A DNA stretch of 64,000 nucleotides from an uncultured Bacilli bacterium. Its GTDB lineage: Bacteria; Bacillota_I; Bacilli_A; RF39; UBA660. The notes beneath the pieces were generated by a model. That model did not search any database, had not been told where the DNA came from, and saw only the letters and a list, made by a program, of their open reading frames with translations. Numbering within the stretch: the stretch's first letter is position 1; each line of letters opens with the position of its first letter. The position numbers and the translations under genes were made by a program. Shown here one piece after another: positions 27,205 to 35,672 of this stretch. The DNA lies in NCBI GenBank assembly GCA_934098375.1, contig CAKOOC010000003.1, positions 6,736 through 70,735 on the forward strand, in the 5' to 3' direction.

Positions 27205-28251
27205 CTACTTATCAGTAGATTTCTTTAATTTAAGTTTACCTAATAATTCATCAATAACTTGAATTCTTTCTTTTCTTTCATCAAAATTTGGCATATTGAA
27301 AAATACTTTCATTTTTGTCTCATATTCCAAATTACTTATTTCATCATCTTTAATCGCACTTCTATTTAAAATAATCTTTCCATTACTAGTTTTTTCTAAT
27401 ACCCCCCTATTAGATTTAAATAGTTTATTTAATCTTATCGTTCCTGGTTCAATTAAGTACAAAATATCCGTACAAATTCCCTTAGCATCATTACCATTTA
27501 AATCTACAACAATTACGCTTTCGTCCTTAAGTACATTTATTTGCATCTTTAAATCTTCTATAGAAGTTGCCATTATAAGATGATCATCTCTAAAATAAAC
27601 TCCATCTTGTTTATTCATTTCTATTCCTTTAACTTTATAATGATAACTAAGATGTTTTACCATCATATACATTAAAGTTGTAGCACCTGCATGCTCCGTT
27701 ATATTTTGAATACCAATTATTACTTTATCAGTATCCTTTTCTTCTTCATTTTTTTTGCCAAACAAACTATTAAATAATCCTCTATTTTTACTTCCAAAAT
27801 TATTTGGTAAATCACTCGCATTTGGTTTATCATTATCAGTATTTGCAGAAGACACATTACTATTATTATTTGTTTCTACTAAATATTTTTGAACATCTTG
27901 AAGACTATTTGGATGATCAATTAAATATCCGATTGAGCTAGCATTCTTAGTAAAATTATAATATCCTTTTTCTACTAACTTTGATAAATAATTAGCACTA
28001 TTAACAAGCTCACTATTATTTAAAAGTAATATAACTCTGCTAGGTTCAAAAAAAGATAAGAAATCAAAAAGAGATGTAAAATCATAATAATTTCTAATAG
28101 CCGTTATATCAATAATAACTTTGTTATAAAATAGATTTACAAATTCTTGTTCTATTTCACTTCTATTAAATTCACCTTCTAATGTTTTAATAACATCTAC
28201 TTGAAGTTCACTTAATACTTTACTATTTTGATTTTTAATTATTATATTCAT
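27205..28251 (-). CDS. TadZ/CpaE-like protein: receiver-like N-domain plus a ParA/MinD-like domain with a degenerate P-loop
   Basis: The beta-strand pattern IIIK, VIIDIT, RVILLLNN is CheY-like. The C-terminal part is VIIGIQNITEHAGATTL where KGGxGKT is expected, then VIVVDLNG, ILYLIEPG and IILNRS. Confidence 0.4.
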   Translation of the reverse strand: MNIIIKNQNSKVLSELQVDVIKTLEGEFNRSEIEQEFVNLFYNKVIIDITAIRNYYDFTSLFDFLSFFEPSRVILLLNNSELVNSANYLSKLVEKGYYNFTKNASSIGYLIDHPNSLQDVQKYLVETNNNSNVSSANTDNDKPNASDLPNNFGSKNRGLFNSLFGKKNEEEKDTDKVIIGIQNITEHAGATTLMYMMVKHLSYHYKVKGIEMNKQDGVYFRDDHLIMATSIEDLKMQINVLKDESVIVVDLNGNDAKGICTDILYLIEPGTIRLNKLFKSNRGVLEKTSNGKIILNRSAIKDDEISNLEYETKMKVFFNMPNFDERKERIQVIDELLGKLKLKKSTDK

Positions 28252-28264
28252 TTTATCATCTCTT

Positions 28265-28705
28265 CTAGTTTACATTATCATTTGCAAAATAAACTGCTTT
28301 AGTTTCACCCGTTATTGGAAAAGTTAAAAGATCACCAAATACAGGTAAATCTAATCTAAAAAATACTCTAACATAATAACGCGTACTAGGAATGGTTGTC
28401 TCATCATTGCGCACTTTTGAAATGCAGTATCTAAATTTATTACTTTGAGAATTTGCTCTACCATAACCGGTTTCATTTGAAGCGCAAGAACCAAATACAA
28501 AATAACTCGAACCATTTAAATACGTAGTTATTTCATTCTCCGTATCACTATCATGACCTTCATTTTTCTCTATTATATTTATAATACCATTTTTTACTTT
28601 AAAAGCCCGTGAATAATTAACAGATATAGCTAAATATCCGGTAAACAATACAATAAATACTATTACTAAAGAGAAAATCCAAGTTCCACCTATTGACTCT
28701 CTCAT
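28265..28705 (-). CDS. Small N-terminally anchored TadE/TadG-like (pseudopilin-like) protein
   Basis: MRESIGG followed by TWIFSLVIVFIVLFTGYLAISVNYSRAF, resembling the TadE/G-like N-terminal region. It is a paralog-like match to 2274-2681 at the N-terminus. Confidence 0.35.
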   Translation of the reverse strand: MRESIGGTWIFSLVIVFIVLFTGYLAISVNYSRAFKVKNGIINIIEKNEGHDSDTENEITTYLNGSSYFVFGSCASNETGYGRANSQSNKFRYCISKVRNDETTIPSTRYYVRVFFRLDLPVFGDLLTFPITGETKAVYFANDNVN

Positions 28706-28717
28706 ACCTTTATTTTT

Positions 28718-28993
28718 CTATCCATTTGACTGTTGATTTTGATTAGTATTATTATTTGTTGTTTTGTCCGGACAAATTAAGCCAGTTTTGGCTTTTCCAT
28801 CATTATCTAAATATGTACAAGAACATGTTTTACCATTGCAGCCTGAGCAAGAAATTGCATTTGCACATTTAGTTGAATTAATAATATTTGTTTTGATTGA
28901 TGGCCAAATAATCGTTGTAAATAACACCCCAATCGCAGCAATTGCTACTACAGCAATAGCAGTCATACTTAATTCTGAAGAAGCTTCTTTCAT
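28718..28993 (-). CDS. 91-aa single-helix Cys-rich protein; possible minor pilin-like subunit
   Basis: MKEASSELSMTAIAVVAIAAIGVLFTTIIW, then CANAISCSGCNGKTCSCTYLD...LICPD and an Asn/Gln tail. Confidence 0.3.
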   Translation of the reverse strand: MKEASSELSMTAIAVVAIAAIGVLFTTIIWPSIKTNIINSTKCANAISCSGCNGKTCSCTYLDNDGKAKTGLICPDKTTNNNTNQNQQSNG

Positions 28994-29064
28994 TTAATAA
29001 TTCCTCCTATCCTATTCTTACTATATAATTAGTATATAATATATTTTTTGTATTTTCAAGTTGC

Positions 29065-30048
29065 TTATTTACAACTCTTTGTTGGATCAAATAAACAGTC
29101 AATACAAGTTATATATTCACTATCCCCTGATATAAAATTTAATGCTGTCTTTAATATTGTAGGTAAAAAGAAAATAATTACACCTACTAAAACTCTATTT
29201 CCCAACATTATTGCTTGCTTTTTTAAATCATCCGCTTTTCCTGATGAAACAGCTTTATAAAAATCAAATGATCCCATTAATATAATTGCTAAAGGTGTTA
29301 TAATTTTAATAATAACAATTGTATAACCAGCTATTTTTAATCCTGGAGATATATCTTTACAAAAAGTTGAACTATTTAAAGGTGTTTTATCTCCAGAAAC
29401 ATTATCAGTAACATCATCAGTTCCCGTTGAAGTACTACCACCACGGCCACTTCCACCACCAGAAAATCCACCATTACCAGTGCCAGAACCATTATTTCCA
29501 GTTCCATTATTTCCAGTTCCATTATTTTCTGATTTCGGATAATTTGGAATTGATGTATCCGAGTAGTTAGTACATGTTTTATTTTCATAATAACAACCGG
29601 CACTTTTACAACTCTTTTCTAAGTCAGTATCATCAATATAACTACATGCATTTAATTTTGGATCACTCGGTTTCGTTATATTTACATATACATCAGACGA
29701 AAAAACTTTTTTGGTTGTATCAGAAACATTATTGTTTTTATCACCATAATTATAATAAATATTACAGTAATGCTCTCCCATCGTTAATCTATCTGAAATA
29801 TCAAAAGTAGTTTCAAACTCAGATACTGGGTTATCCATTGTTTGTAAAAAGATTTGATTATTATCACAATATACAGCAGCTTTAACAATTTTTTTACTAC
29901 TTAAAAAACCCGTATTAAAATATACATGCATTGTTCCCTTTGTTAAACTATAAGTAAGAGTGTTACTCTTAGCTAATGTAGTAGTTTTAAAAGCAAAAAA
30001 AGATAAAAGCATTACAATTAATATCAAATATTTATTTTTATTATTCAT
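29065..30048 (-). CDS. Second fusion protein: secreted N-terminal domain (paralog of 25799-26668), Gly/Asn/Ser linker, and a C-terminal VirB2-like pilin domain
   Basis: Signal peptide MNNKNKYLILIVMLLSFFAFKTTTLA. The N-domain aligns with the 297-aa protein: TYSLTKGTMHVYF vs TYDLNEGKMYIDF, and CKSAGCYYENKTC vs CKEAGCKWSGGSC. The C-terminus is CKDIS...ITPLAIILMGSFDFYKAV...DDLKKQAIMLGNRVLVGVIIFFLPTIL...SEYITC. Confidence 0.6.
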   Translation of the reverse strand: MNNKNKYLILIVMLLSFFAFKTTTLAKSNTLTYSLTKGTMHVYFNTGFLSSKKIVKAAVYCDNNQIFLQTMDNPVSEFETTFDISDRLTMGEHYCNIYYNYGDKNNNVSDTTKKVFSSDVYVNITKPSDPKLNACSYIDDTDLEKSCKSAGCYYENKTCTNYSDTSIPNYPKSENNGTGNNGTGNNGSGTGNGGFSGGGSGRGGSTSTGTDDVTDNVSGDKTPLNSSTFCKDISPGLKIAGYTIVIIKIITPLAIILMGSFDFYKAVSSGKADDLKKQAIMLGNRVLVGVIIFFLPTILKTALNFISGDSEYITCIDCLFDPTKSCK

Positions 30049-31237
30049 AATCATAATCCCCCGTATTTCCATTATCATTATTATTTTTTAATTTAGTTAT
30101 AACCTTATAAGCAACAACTCCGCCAATACCAATTACAATTATAATAATAAAAACTAATGCCATATTTCCCGATTTTTTTATATTAAATACATAAATATTG
30201 TCTTTATTATCACTGCCTGTAACTACAATATTAATTTTACTTCCATTTTTTAAATTAGAATTACCTATTATTTCATATGATGCTTCTTCATCTTCTAATG
30301 TAATATTAAAATTTAAAGTTTTAACATTTTTATCTATTTTTAAACTATAACTATTTTTATCAGAATTAAAATCAAGCTTATAACCCTCTATGGTTAATTT
30401 TTCTATTTTATTACTACTAGGTTCTTCTTCTTCATATATTAAATTAATAGTATATTCTTTAGTATCCCCATTTTCGGCTGTAACAGTTATCACTATTGGC
30501 GTATTTATATTAATATTTTCATTATTTTTAATATCAACCTTACTTTTATTAGATTCTGGTACAGCTTCAACCTCAATTCTTGTAGCTTCCTTACTAATTT
30601 CAATTGTATATGTTGTTTTTTCTCTATCAAAAATAATTATACCTTCTGAAAACTTAAGTGATGATAGATATGTATTATTATCTTTAACTACTGGAACTTC
30701 TGTTGTCGGCTCAGTTGTTGGTTCTGACGTAGTTGTTGTTGTAGTAGTCGTTGTCGTTTTTGTTGTCTTAGTTGTTCTACTAGTTGTTCTTCTTTTAGTT
30801 GTAGTAGTGGTTGTAGGTTTAACCGGCTGCGTTGTTGGCGTTGTTGGTGCCACATAAACAGCCCCACTACTAGTTCTATTACAATCAAAATAAGATACAG
30901 ATGTACAATATTTATAATTGTTTAAACCTGGTGTACATGATCCACTATAAGCATCACAACCACTATTAACTTTAATTATATACATATCTTTATTACCATT
31001 TGAACAAGTTACAATATTAGGTGTAATAAAATAAGCAATATGCCATGTACCATCAGGACAAGATGCATTATGACACTGTCCATAATAACCATAAGAATTA
31101 CTAGTAAAAATACCATCCTGAAATTTAACACACGCATCATAAGTTGTATTACTACTTACTGGTGTATTAACATTAGCCGCATAAACATTATTACTAAATA
31201 AAAATAATAACAAAAATAATAATACTTTTCTTTTCAT
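30041..31237 (-). CDS. Surface protein: Cys-rich N-module, Thr-rich linker, two cadherin-like beta-sandwich modules, C-terminal TM anchor
   Basis: Signal peptide ending VYA. Linker TTTTTKRRTTSRTTKTTKTTTTTTTTTT. The modules are NTYLSSLKFSEG...YTIEISK and IEKLTIEGYKLDFNSDKNSYSLKI. Anchor MALVFIIIIVIGIGGVVAY. Confidence 0.6.
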   Translation of the reverse strand: MKRKVLLFLLLFLFSNNVYAANVNTPVSSNTTYDACVKFQDGIFTSNSYGYYGQCHNASCPDGTWHIAYFITPNIVTCSNGNKDMYIIKVNSGCDAYSGSCTPGLNNYKYCTSVSYFDCNRTSSGAVYVAPTTPTTQPVKPTTTTTTKRRTTSRTTKTTKTTTTTTTTTTSEPTTEPTTEVPVVKDNNTYLSSLKFSEGIIIFDREKTTYTIEISKEATRIEVEAVPESNKSKVDIKNNENININTPIVITVTAENGDTKEYTINLIYEEEEPSSNKIEKLTIEGYKLDFNSDKNSYSLKIDKNVKTLNFNITLEDEEASYEIIGNSNLKNGSKINIVVTGSDNKDNIYVFNIKKSGNMALVFIIIIVIGIGGVVAYKVITKLKNNNDNGNTGDYDYE

Positions 31238-31249
31238 ATAAACCTTCCT

Positions 31250-31278
31250 TAAAAAAAGATACCAGTAATGGTATCTTT
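31250..31278 (-). terminator. Rho-independent terminator or attenuator after the 219-aa surface protein gene
   Basis: On the minus strand: AGATACCA-TTAC-TGGTATCT followed by TTTTTT. Confidence 0.6.
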
Positions 31279-31328
31279 CCTTTATAGATCCAAGACCTAT
31301 ATTAATAATATCATAAAATTATTAATAT

Positions 31329-31988
31329 TTAAATCTTTTTAAAATTATTTTTCTTATTAACTAAATATAATGCCACGCTTACAACAAAAATACTAGGAAT
31401 TAATATTTTATAATAATCTTCTACTCCTGTTTTTGGGTTATTACTATTTCCATTACCATTAGAACTAGTTGTTGTTATTGTGGTGGTTGGATTAGTCGTA
31501 TTATTATCATCTTTGCTTCCACTTGCATATGCTGAACCATCTGCTGTATATGCACAATCGTAAGAATATAATCTAGTTGCAAATGCGTAAGCTCCTGTAA
31601 CACTATCTAATTTAGCAGAATCAGGTGCACATGATGCATCTTTAGCAAGTGATAAAGTTTGTCCAGCACTCGAATCAGCACCACTACTTACTACCGTACT
31701 TTTAGGATTTGTATTTCCATTTTCACATTTTACTTTACTAGCAAAACTATTATCAATATAATGAACATTTTTACTATTCTCACATTTTATAGTGATACAC
31801 TCTAAATAATATCCAGCTGTAGCATTAGTATATCCAGAGTTTTCATTTTCTGCATTTTGACATAATGATTTAATATTTGCATTATCGGCAATCGCACTAC
31901 CAATAGTTTTAGTATTACCATCAACTGCTGCATTTACAGTTAATGGTAATAAAATTAAACTAATTAAACTTAATACTATTTTTCTCAT
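31329..31988 (-). CDS. Secreted Cys-rich protein with a candidate NPKTG sortase sorting signal
   Basis: Signal peptide ending VNA. The N-module is paralogous to that of the 398-aa protein (AGYYLECITIKC...VKCENGN vs YGYYGQCHNASC...VTCSNGN). The C-terminus is NPKTG, then a hydrophobic stretch, then KKNNFKKI. Confidence 0.5.
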   Translation of the reverse strand: MRKIVLSLISLILLPLTVNAAVDGNTKTIGSAIADNANIKSLCQNAENENSGYTNATAGYYLECITIKCENSKNVHYIDNSFASKVKCENGNTNPKSTVVSSGADSSAGQTLSLAKDASCAPDSAKLDSVTGAYAFATRLYSYDCAYTADGSAYASGSKDDNNTTNPTTTITTTSSNGNGNSNNPKTGVEDYYKILIPSIFVVSVALYLVNKKNNFKKI

Positions 31989-31993
31989 CTTAA

Positions 31994-34963
31994 CTACCCT
32001 TCTAAATAATCTTTCTTTTTCTTTTTATTTCTTTTAATTATTATTATTATGCTCGCTCCTACTAAAATTACTCCTCCAACAATTGCTGATGTTATTTCTA
32101 ACTTTTTGTTATATTTATCTTTTTCAATATTAATTGAGTAAACTTTAGTGTCACCATTTTCAGCAATAACTTTTACTTTAACAATACTAAATGCTGTTAA
32201 ATCATTATTACCATACATATAAACTTCTGCTCTATCATCACTAGGAGTTGCTGTAATAAGTAGTGTTCTTTCTCTCTTAATTTTAACACTATAATCAAGA
32301 ACATCTGGTTTAAAATCAAGATTATAACCCTTAATAGTTAATGTATTTAAATCTGTATTATTAGCAACTGTTAAGCCGCTTTCCTTTCTTATTACATAAA
32401 TTGTATATATTTTTGTTTTCTTATTGTTGGTTACCGTTATTTCAATTTGGTTATTTCCAACTCTAAAACCTGAGTCACCAATAATTTTAACTGTTGCATT
32501 TTCGCTTTCGGCAAAAGCATAAACTGGCAAATTTTCTACTTCATAACCAACTGAAACTGTATATGAAGTTGTATCTCTATCAAATACTAAAGATGTTCCC
32601 GGTATACTTAGTGAACTTAAATATGTACTAGTTTTATTATTATCTAAGTCTTCATTAGTATCTTTAACAAAAGTTACTACATAACTTCTAACTATTCCAG
32701 CGGCACTTACAGTTTTTAATACCGCTGATGTTTGATTACTAGTAAGTTCAATTGTTCTTGGCCCAAAACCCGCTACAAAAGCTGAAGTTTTGCTTTCTAA
32801 TGTTCCATTAATTGATACTTTAGTAACTTTTTTAGATACTTTAACTGTATAGTCAGTTATATAAGGATTAAATTCTATTTTACCTGCACTTATTTTAATA
32901 TCACTTAAGAAGTTATTATTATCACGATCATCAACTCTATTTATAATAAATGTATAAGTTCTAATCTTACCTTGTTTATTAACAATTCTAATTAATTGTA
33001 CATTTCTACCATAATTTAAATCAACTGTTCTTGGTTCATAACCTTCAACAAATGAAGCATCATTACTTGTAAGTGTAGCGTAGATTGCCACTTTACTTCT
33101 ATTTACTGTAAGTTCATAACCAGTTTTTAATGAATCAAAGCTAGCTAAAACACTATCATTTTTTAGTGTATTTGATAATCTTACATATTTACTATCAACT
33201 ATATTACTAGTACCGTATGCTGTTGTTTCATCATTTAAAGGTTTTGCTTCAAAAGTATCTGCACCATCAGTACTTTTTACTGAAAAGTTAGTAATAGTTG
33301 TAGTTGTATCTGCATCATATATTCTACTCATTGATGGGTAACTTATACGATCTTTATTATTCATAACCCAAACAAAATAAGTACCCGCCATTTTGTTTTC
33401 TCTTGCAACATAAGAATTATCATTAAAAGCAGTCCATTCAGAGTTTATGGTTGGTTCTAAACCGCTAGAAATATAATAACCCTTAATTCCATATGAACCG
33501 TTATCCGTAGCTGTTAAAGCTATTGTTCCATAACCATCTGCTCTAACAATACTTCCTGTTGATGATACACTTGGTCTTTCTATATAATCACAAGAAACTG
33601 AGTAAGTTACATAACAAGTATTTCCTGTTGCATTTTTACATGTATTTTCTTTTTCAATAGCTGTTTTATTATAATTATTAGCACATGTCACTTTATCTCT
33701 AATATTATCGCCATCATCAGATTTATAATGACCTTCACTTACTTTTTTAAAGCATATTTTATAATTATCATCTTTACCTTTAAAATCAGTTAGTTTAGAA
33801 GTGCTTTTACATGAATCATCTGATGTTGTACTAGTAGAACAAGTAGGTTTATCACGTAATATGTTATTTAAATAAATATATTGTTCTTCACCTTTAATTG
33901 TAACTTTACATTTGCCATCAGTACATCTATCCCCTAAAGATGGTGTTAAGCTAATTTCTGTACCACAAGCTAAGCTCTGTTTTTTTACACTCATACTTGA
34001 ATTAGTATAAGTATTAGTTCCTTCTTTAACATAACCAACTTTAGAAGAACATGAATTACTGTTATCTGTTGTTGATAATTTATCTTTATAAACTTTTGTA
34101 GAAGTTTTAACATCTACACCATTTATTTTAGTAACTGTACAATATCCATTTAAATCACATCTTGTAACATATATTTTATCACCACAATAAATACTTGCTC
34201 CCGAATATCTTGCACCCTCTTTAGCATAGTAATATGCATTTAAATCCTCTTCTACAACATCAGGAATTGGAATTACTTCTGTAGGTGCTGTTGTTTTAGT
34301 TGTTGTGGTTGTCGTCGTAGTAGATGTTGTATTATTAGAGCCACCTCCCGTATTTGTACATAATCCATATACATTAGTACTTACTGTTTTATAACAATAT
34401 TGACCACTTGGATTACTATCACAACTAGTTGCCGTTGCTCCATAAACATTTTTTAAAGTACCACCACTTATTGAACATACACCATCACCATTTGTACAAG
34501 TAAAATTCATTGAAGAAAATCCACTTGGACAACTATATGAACCTGAAGGTGTACTAGGAGTTGAAGGGGTATTTTCACCACCTCCACTTGCTGTTCTTGT
34601 TGCTACAAATACTCTTATTTGATTTGGATTTTGCGGATTAGCAGCATAACATCTATCAGCTAAATAACTACCATAACGAGAGGTGTAGCATTGTGCAATT
34701 GCACTACCTTTGAAAACTACATAATTGTCTGCAGTTTTTTGACAATAGCTATCCACATTTAACGTACAAACGCCAACAATTTGTCCTTTAGATGTTGGTT
34801 CGTAATAATAGTAAGTTGCCGCTATTTCCCAGCTGTCTTTTTCTACTTTTGTTTCATTATTATTCTTACTTAGTTTACTATCATTACTAACAAAAAAATA
34901 ACCTAATGAAAACATTAATGCGCATAAACCAAATAATAAGAATAACACTTTTTTATTTTTCAT
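31994..34963 (-). CDS. Large surface protein: Cys-rich modules, Thr-rich linker, at least four cadherin-like beta-sandwich modules, C-terminal TM anchor
   Basis: The ATG at 34963 has RBS GAAGGAGAG. Repeated modules include TYLSSLSIPGTSLVFDRDTTSYTVSV, LNTLTIKGYNLDFKPDVLDYSVKI and FLSDIKISAGKIEFNPYITDYTVKV. The anchor is AIVGGVILVGASIIIII followed by KRNKKKKK. Confidence 0.6.
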   Translation of the reverse strand: MKNKKVLFLLFGLCALMFSLGYFFVSNDSKLSKNNNETKVEKDSWEIAATYYYYEPTSKGQIVGVCTLNVDSYCQKTADNYVVFKGSAIAQCYTSRYGSYLADRCYAANPQNPNQIRVFVATRTASGGGENTPSTPSTPSGSYSCPSGFSSMNFTCTNGDGVCSISGGTLKNVYGATATSCDSNPSGQYCYKTVSTNVYGLCTNTGGGSNNTTSTTTTTTTTKTTAPTEVIPIPDVVEEDLNAYYYAKEGARYSGASIYCGDKIYVTRCDLNGYCTVTKINGVDVKTSTKVYKDKLSTTDNSNSCSSKVGYVKEGTNTYTNSSMSVKKQSLACGTEISLTPSLGDRCTDGKCKVTIKGEEQYIYLNNILRDKPTCSTSTTSDDSCKSTSKLTDFKGKDDNYKICFKKVSEGHYKSDDGDNIRDKVTCANNYNKTAIEKENTCKNATGNTCYVTYSVSCDYIERPSVSSTGSIVRADGYGTIALTATDNGSYGIKGYYISSGLEPTINSEWTAFNDNSYVARENKMAGTYFVWVMNNKDRISYPSMSRIYDADTTTTITNFSVKSTDGADTFEAKPLNDETTAYGTSNIVDSKYVRLSNTLKNDSVLASFDSLKTGYELTVNRSKVAIYATLTSNDASFVEGYEPRTVDLNYGRNVQLIRIVNKQGKIRTYTFIINRVDDRDNNNFLSDIKISAGKIEFNPYITDYTVKVSKKVTKVSINGTLESKTSAFVAGFGPRTIELTSNQTSAVLKTVSAAGIVRSYVVTFVKDTNEDLDNNKTSTYLSSLSIPGTSLVFDRDTTSYTVSVGYEVENLPVYAFAESENATVKIIGDSGFRVGNNQIEITVTNNKKTKIYTIYVIRKESGLTVANNTDLNTLTIKGYNLDFKPDVLDYSVKIKRERTLLITATPSDDRAEVYMYGNNDLTAFSIVKVKVIAENGDTKVYSINIEKDKYNKKLEITSAIVGGVILVGASIIIIIKRNKKKKKDYLEG

Positions 34964-35017
34964 AAACTCTCCTTCTATCTTCATAATAATTTTAATATAA
35001 AATCATTTAAATAGCAA

Positions 35018-35572
35018 TTATATTTTGAACGATTTAAACTTATTTCTTTTAACTAAATAGTTTATTCCTGTTTCCGCTAAAGATAGTATTCCATTTACTA
35101 CAAAAAAGAATGCTAAGAGCAAAAGTTGTACACTTTGATCATAATATAAATTAATACTTGTAAGTAGTCCTAGTAGTATAAATAAAGAAAAAGTCATTAA
35201 ATTTACATAAAACATTCCATCATCTCTATCATGATAATAATCTAGTTTTATAAGTTTTATAATAGCCATAATTCCTACCCAAGAAAATAATGTAATGCCT
35301 AGTACTTTAGGTGTATCATAAGTGCCAAATTTATAACCACTTACAGCAACCAAAATACACGCAATTGATGTATATAAACTTTCTCTATCATTTTTTTCCC
35401 TTGTTAAAATAAATTCAATCATTTTTATTCCTGCATAAACACTAAATAAAACATATAAAAGTAAATTAGGTTTCATATTTTCTAAAAATGTCGCGCTAAA
35501 CAAAAATATTCCTAAAAGCAATATTAATCCTGAACATATAATATTAACTTTCATTTTATCCTTCTTTTTCAT
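35018..35572 (-). CDS. Polytopic membrane protein (about 6 TM helices), unknown function
   Basis: 184 aa, hydrophobic throughout. It lies directly downstream of essC. Confidence 0.4.
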   Translation of the reverse strand: MKKKDKMKVNIICSGLILLLGIFLFSATFLENMKPNLLLYVLFSVYAGIKMIEFILTREKNDRESLYTSIACILVAVSGYKFGTYDTPKVLGITLFSWVGIMAIIKLIKLDYYHDRDDGMFYVNLMTFSLFILLGLLTSINLYYDQSVQLLLLAFFFVVNGILSLAETGINYLVKRNKFKSFKI

Positions 35573-35640
35573 CCCTATTCTCCTTTAGTATAATATTAAA
35601 ACAATAATTATTATCTGTCAATTTAAACTCTTAGTTAGTC

Positions 35641-35672
35641 CAAAATAAAAACTCTCTAATCTAGAAAGTTTT
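35641..35672 (-). terminator. Imperfect rho-independent terminator after essC
   Basis: On the minus strand: AAAACTTTCT...AGAGAGTTTT (one mismatch) followed by TATTTT. Confidence 0.4.

Noticed and set aside
28718-28993. Calling the 91-aa protein a canonical Flp pilin
   Set aside because: It lacks the Flp processing motif (Gly followed by xxxxEY) and any Gly before the hydrophobic helix. It is kept only as a pilin-like candidate at low confidence.
30390-30857. 155-aa plus-strand ORF rich in Val, and the 66-aa ORF at 30688-30888
   Set aside because: These are mirror-frame artefacts of the poly-Thr/Thr-Lys linker coding region of the 398-aa minus-strand gene. They have no RBS and are pure low-complexity sequence.
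35018-35572. Assigning the 184-aa polytopic protein as EssA/EssB or as an HdeD/DUF308-type protein
   Set aside because: Only its hydrophobicity pattern and its position next to essC support this. No motif is recognisable, so it is left as an unknown membrane protein.
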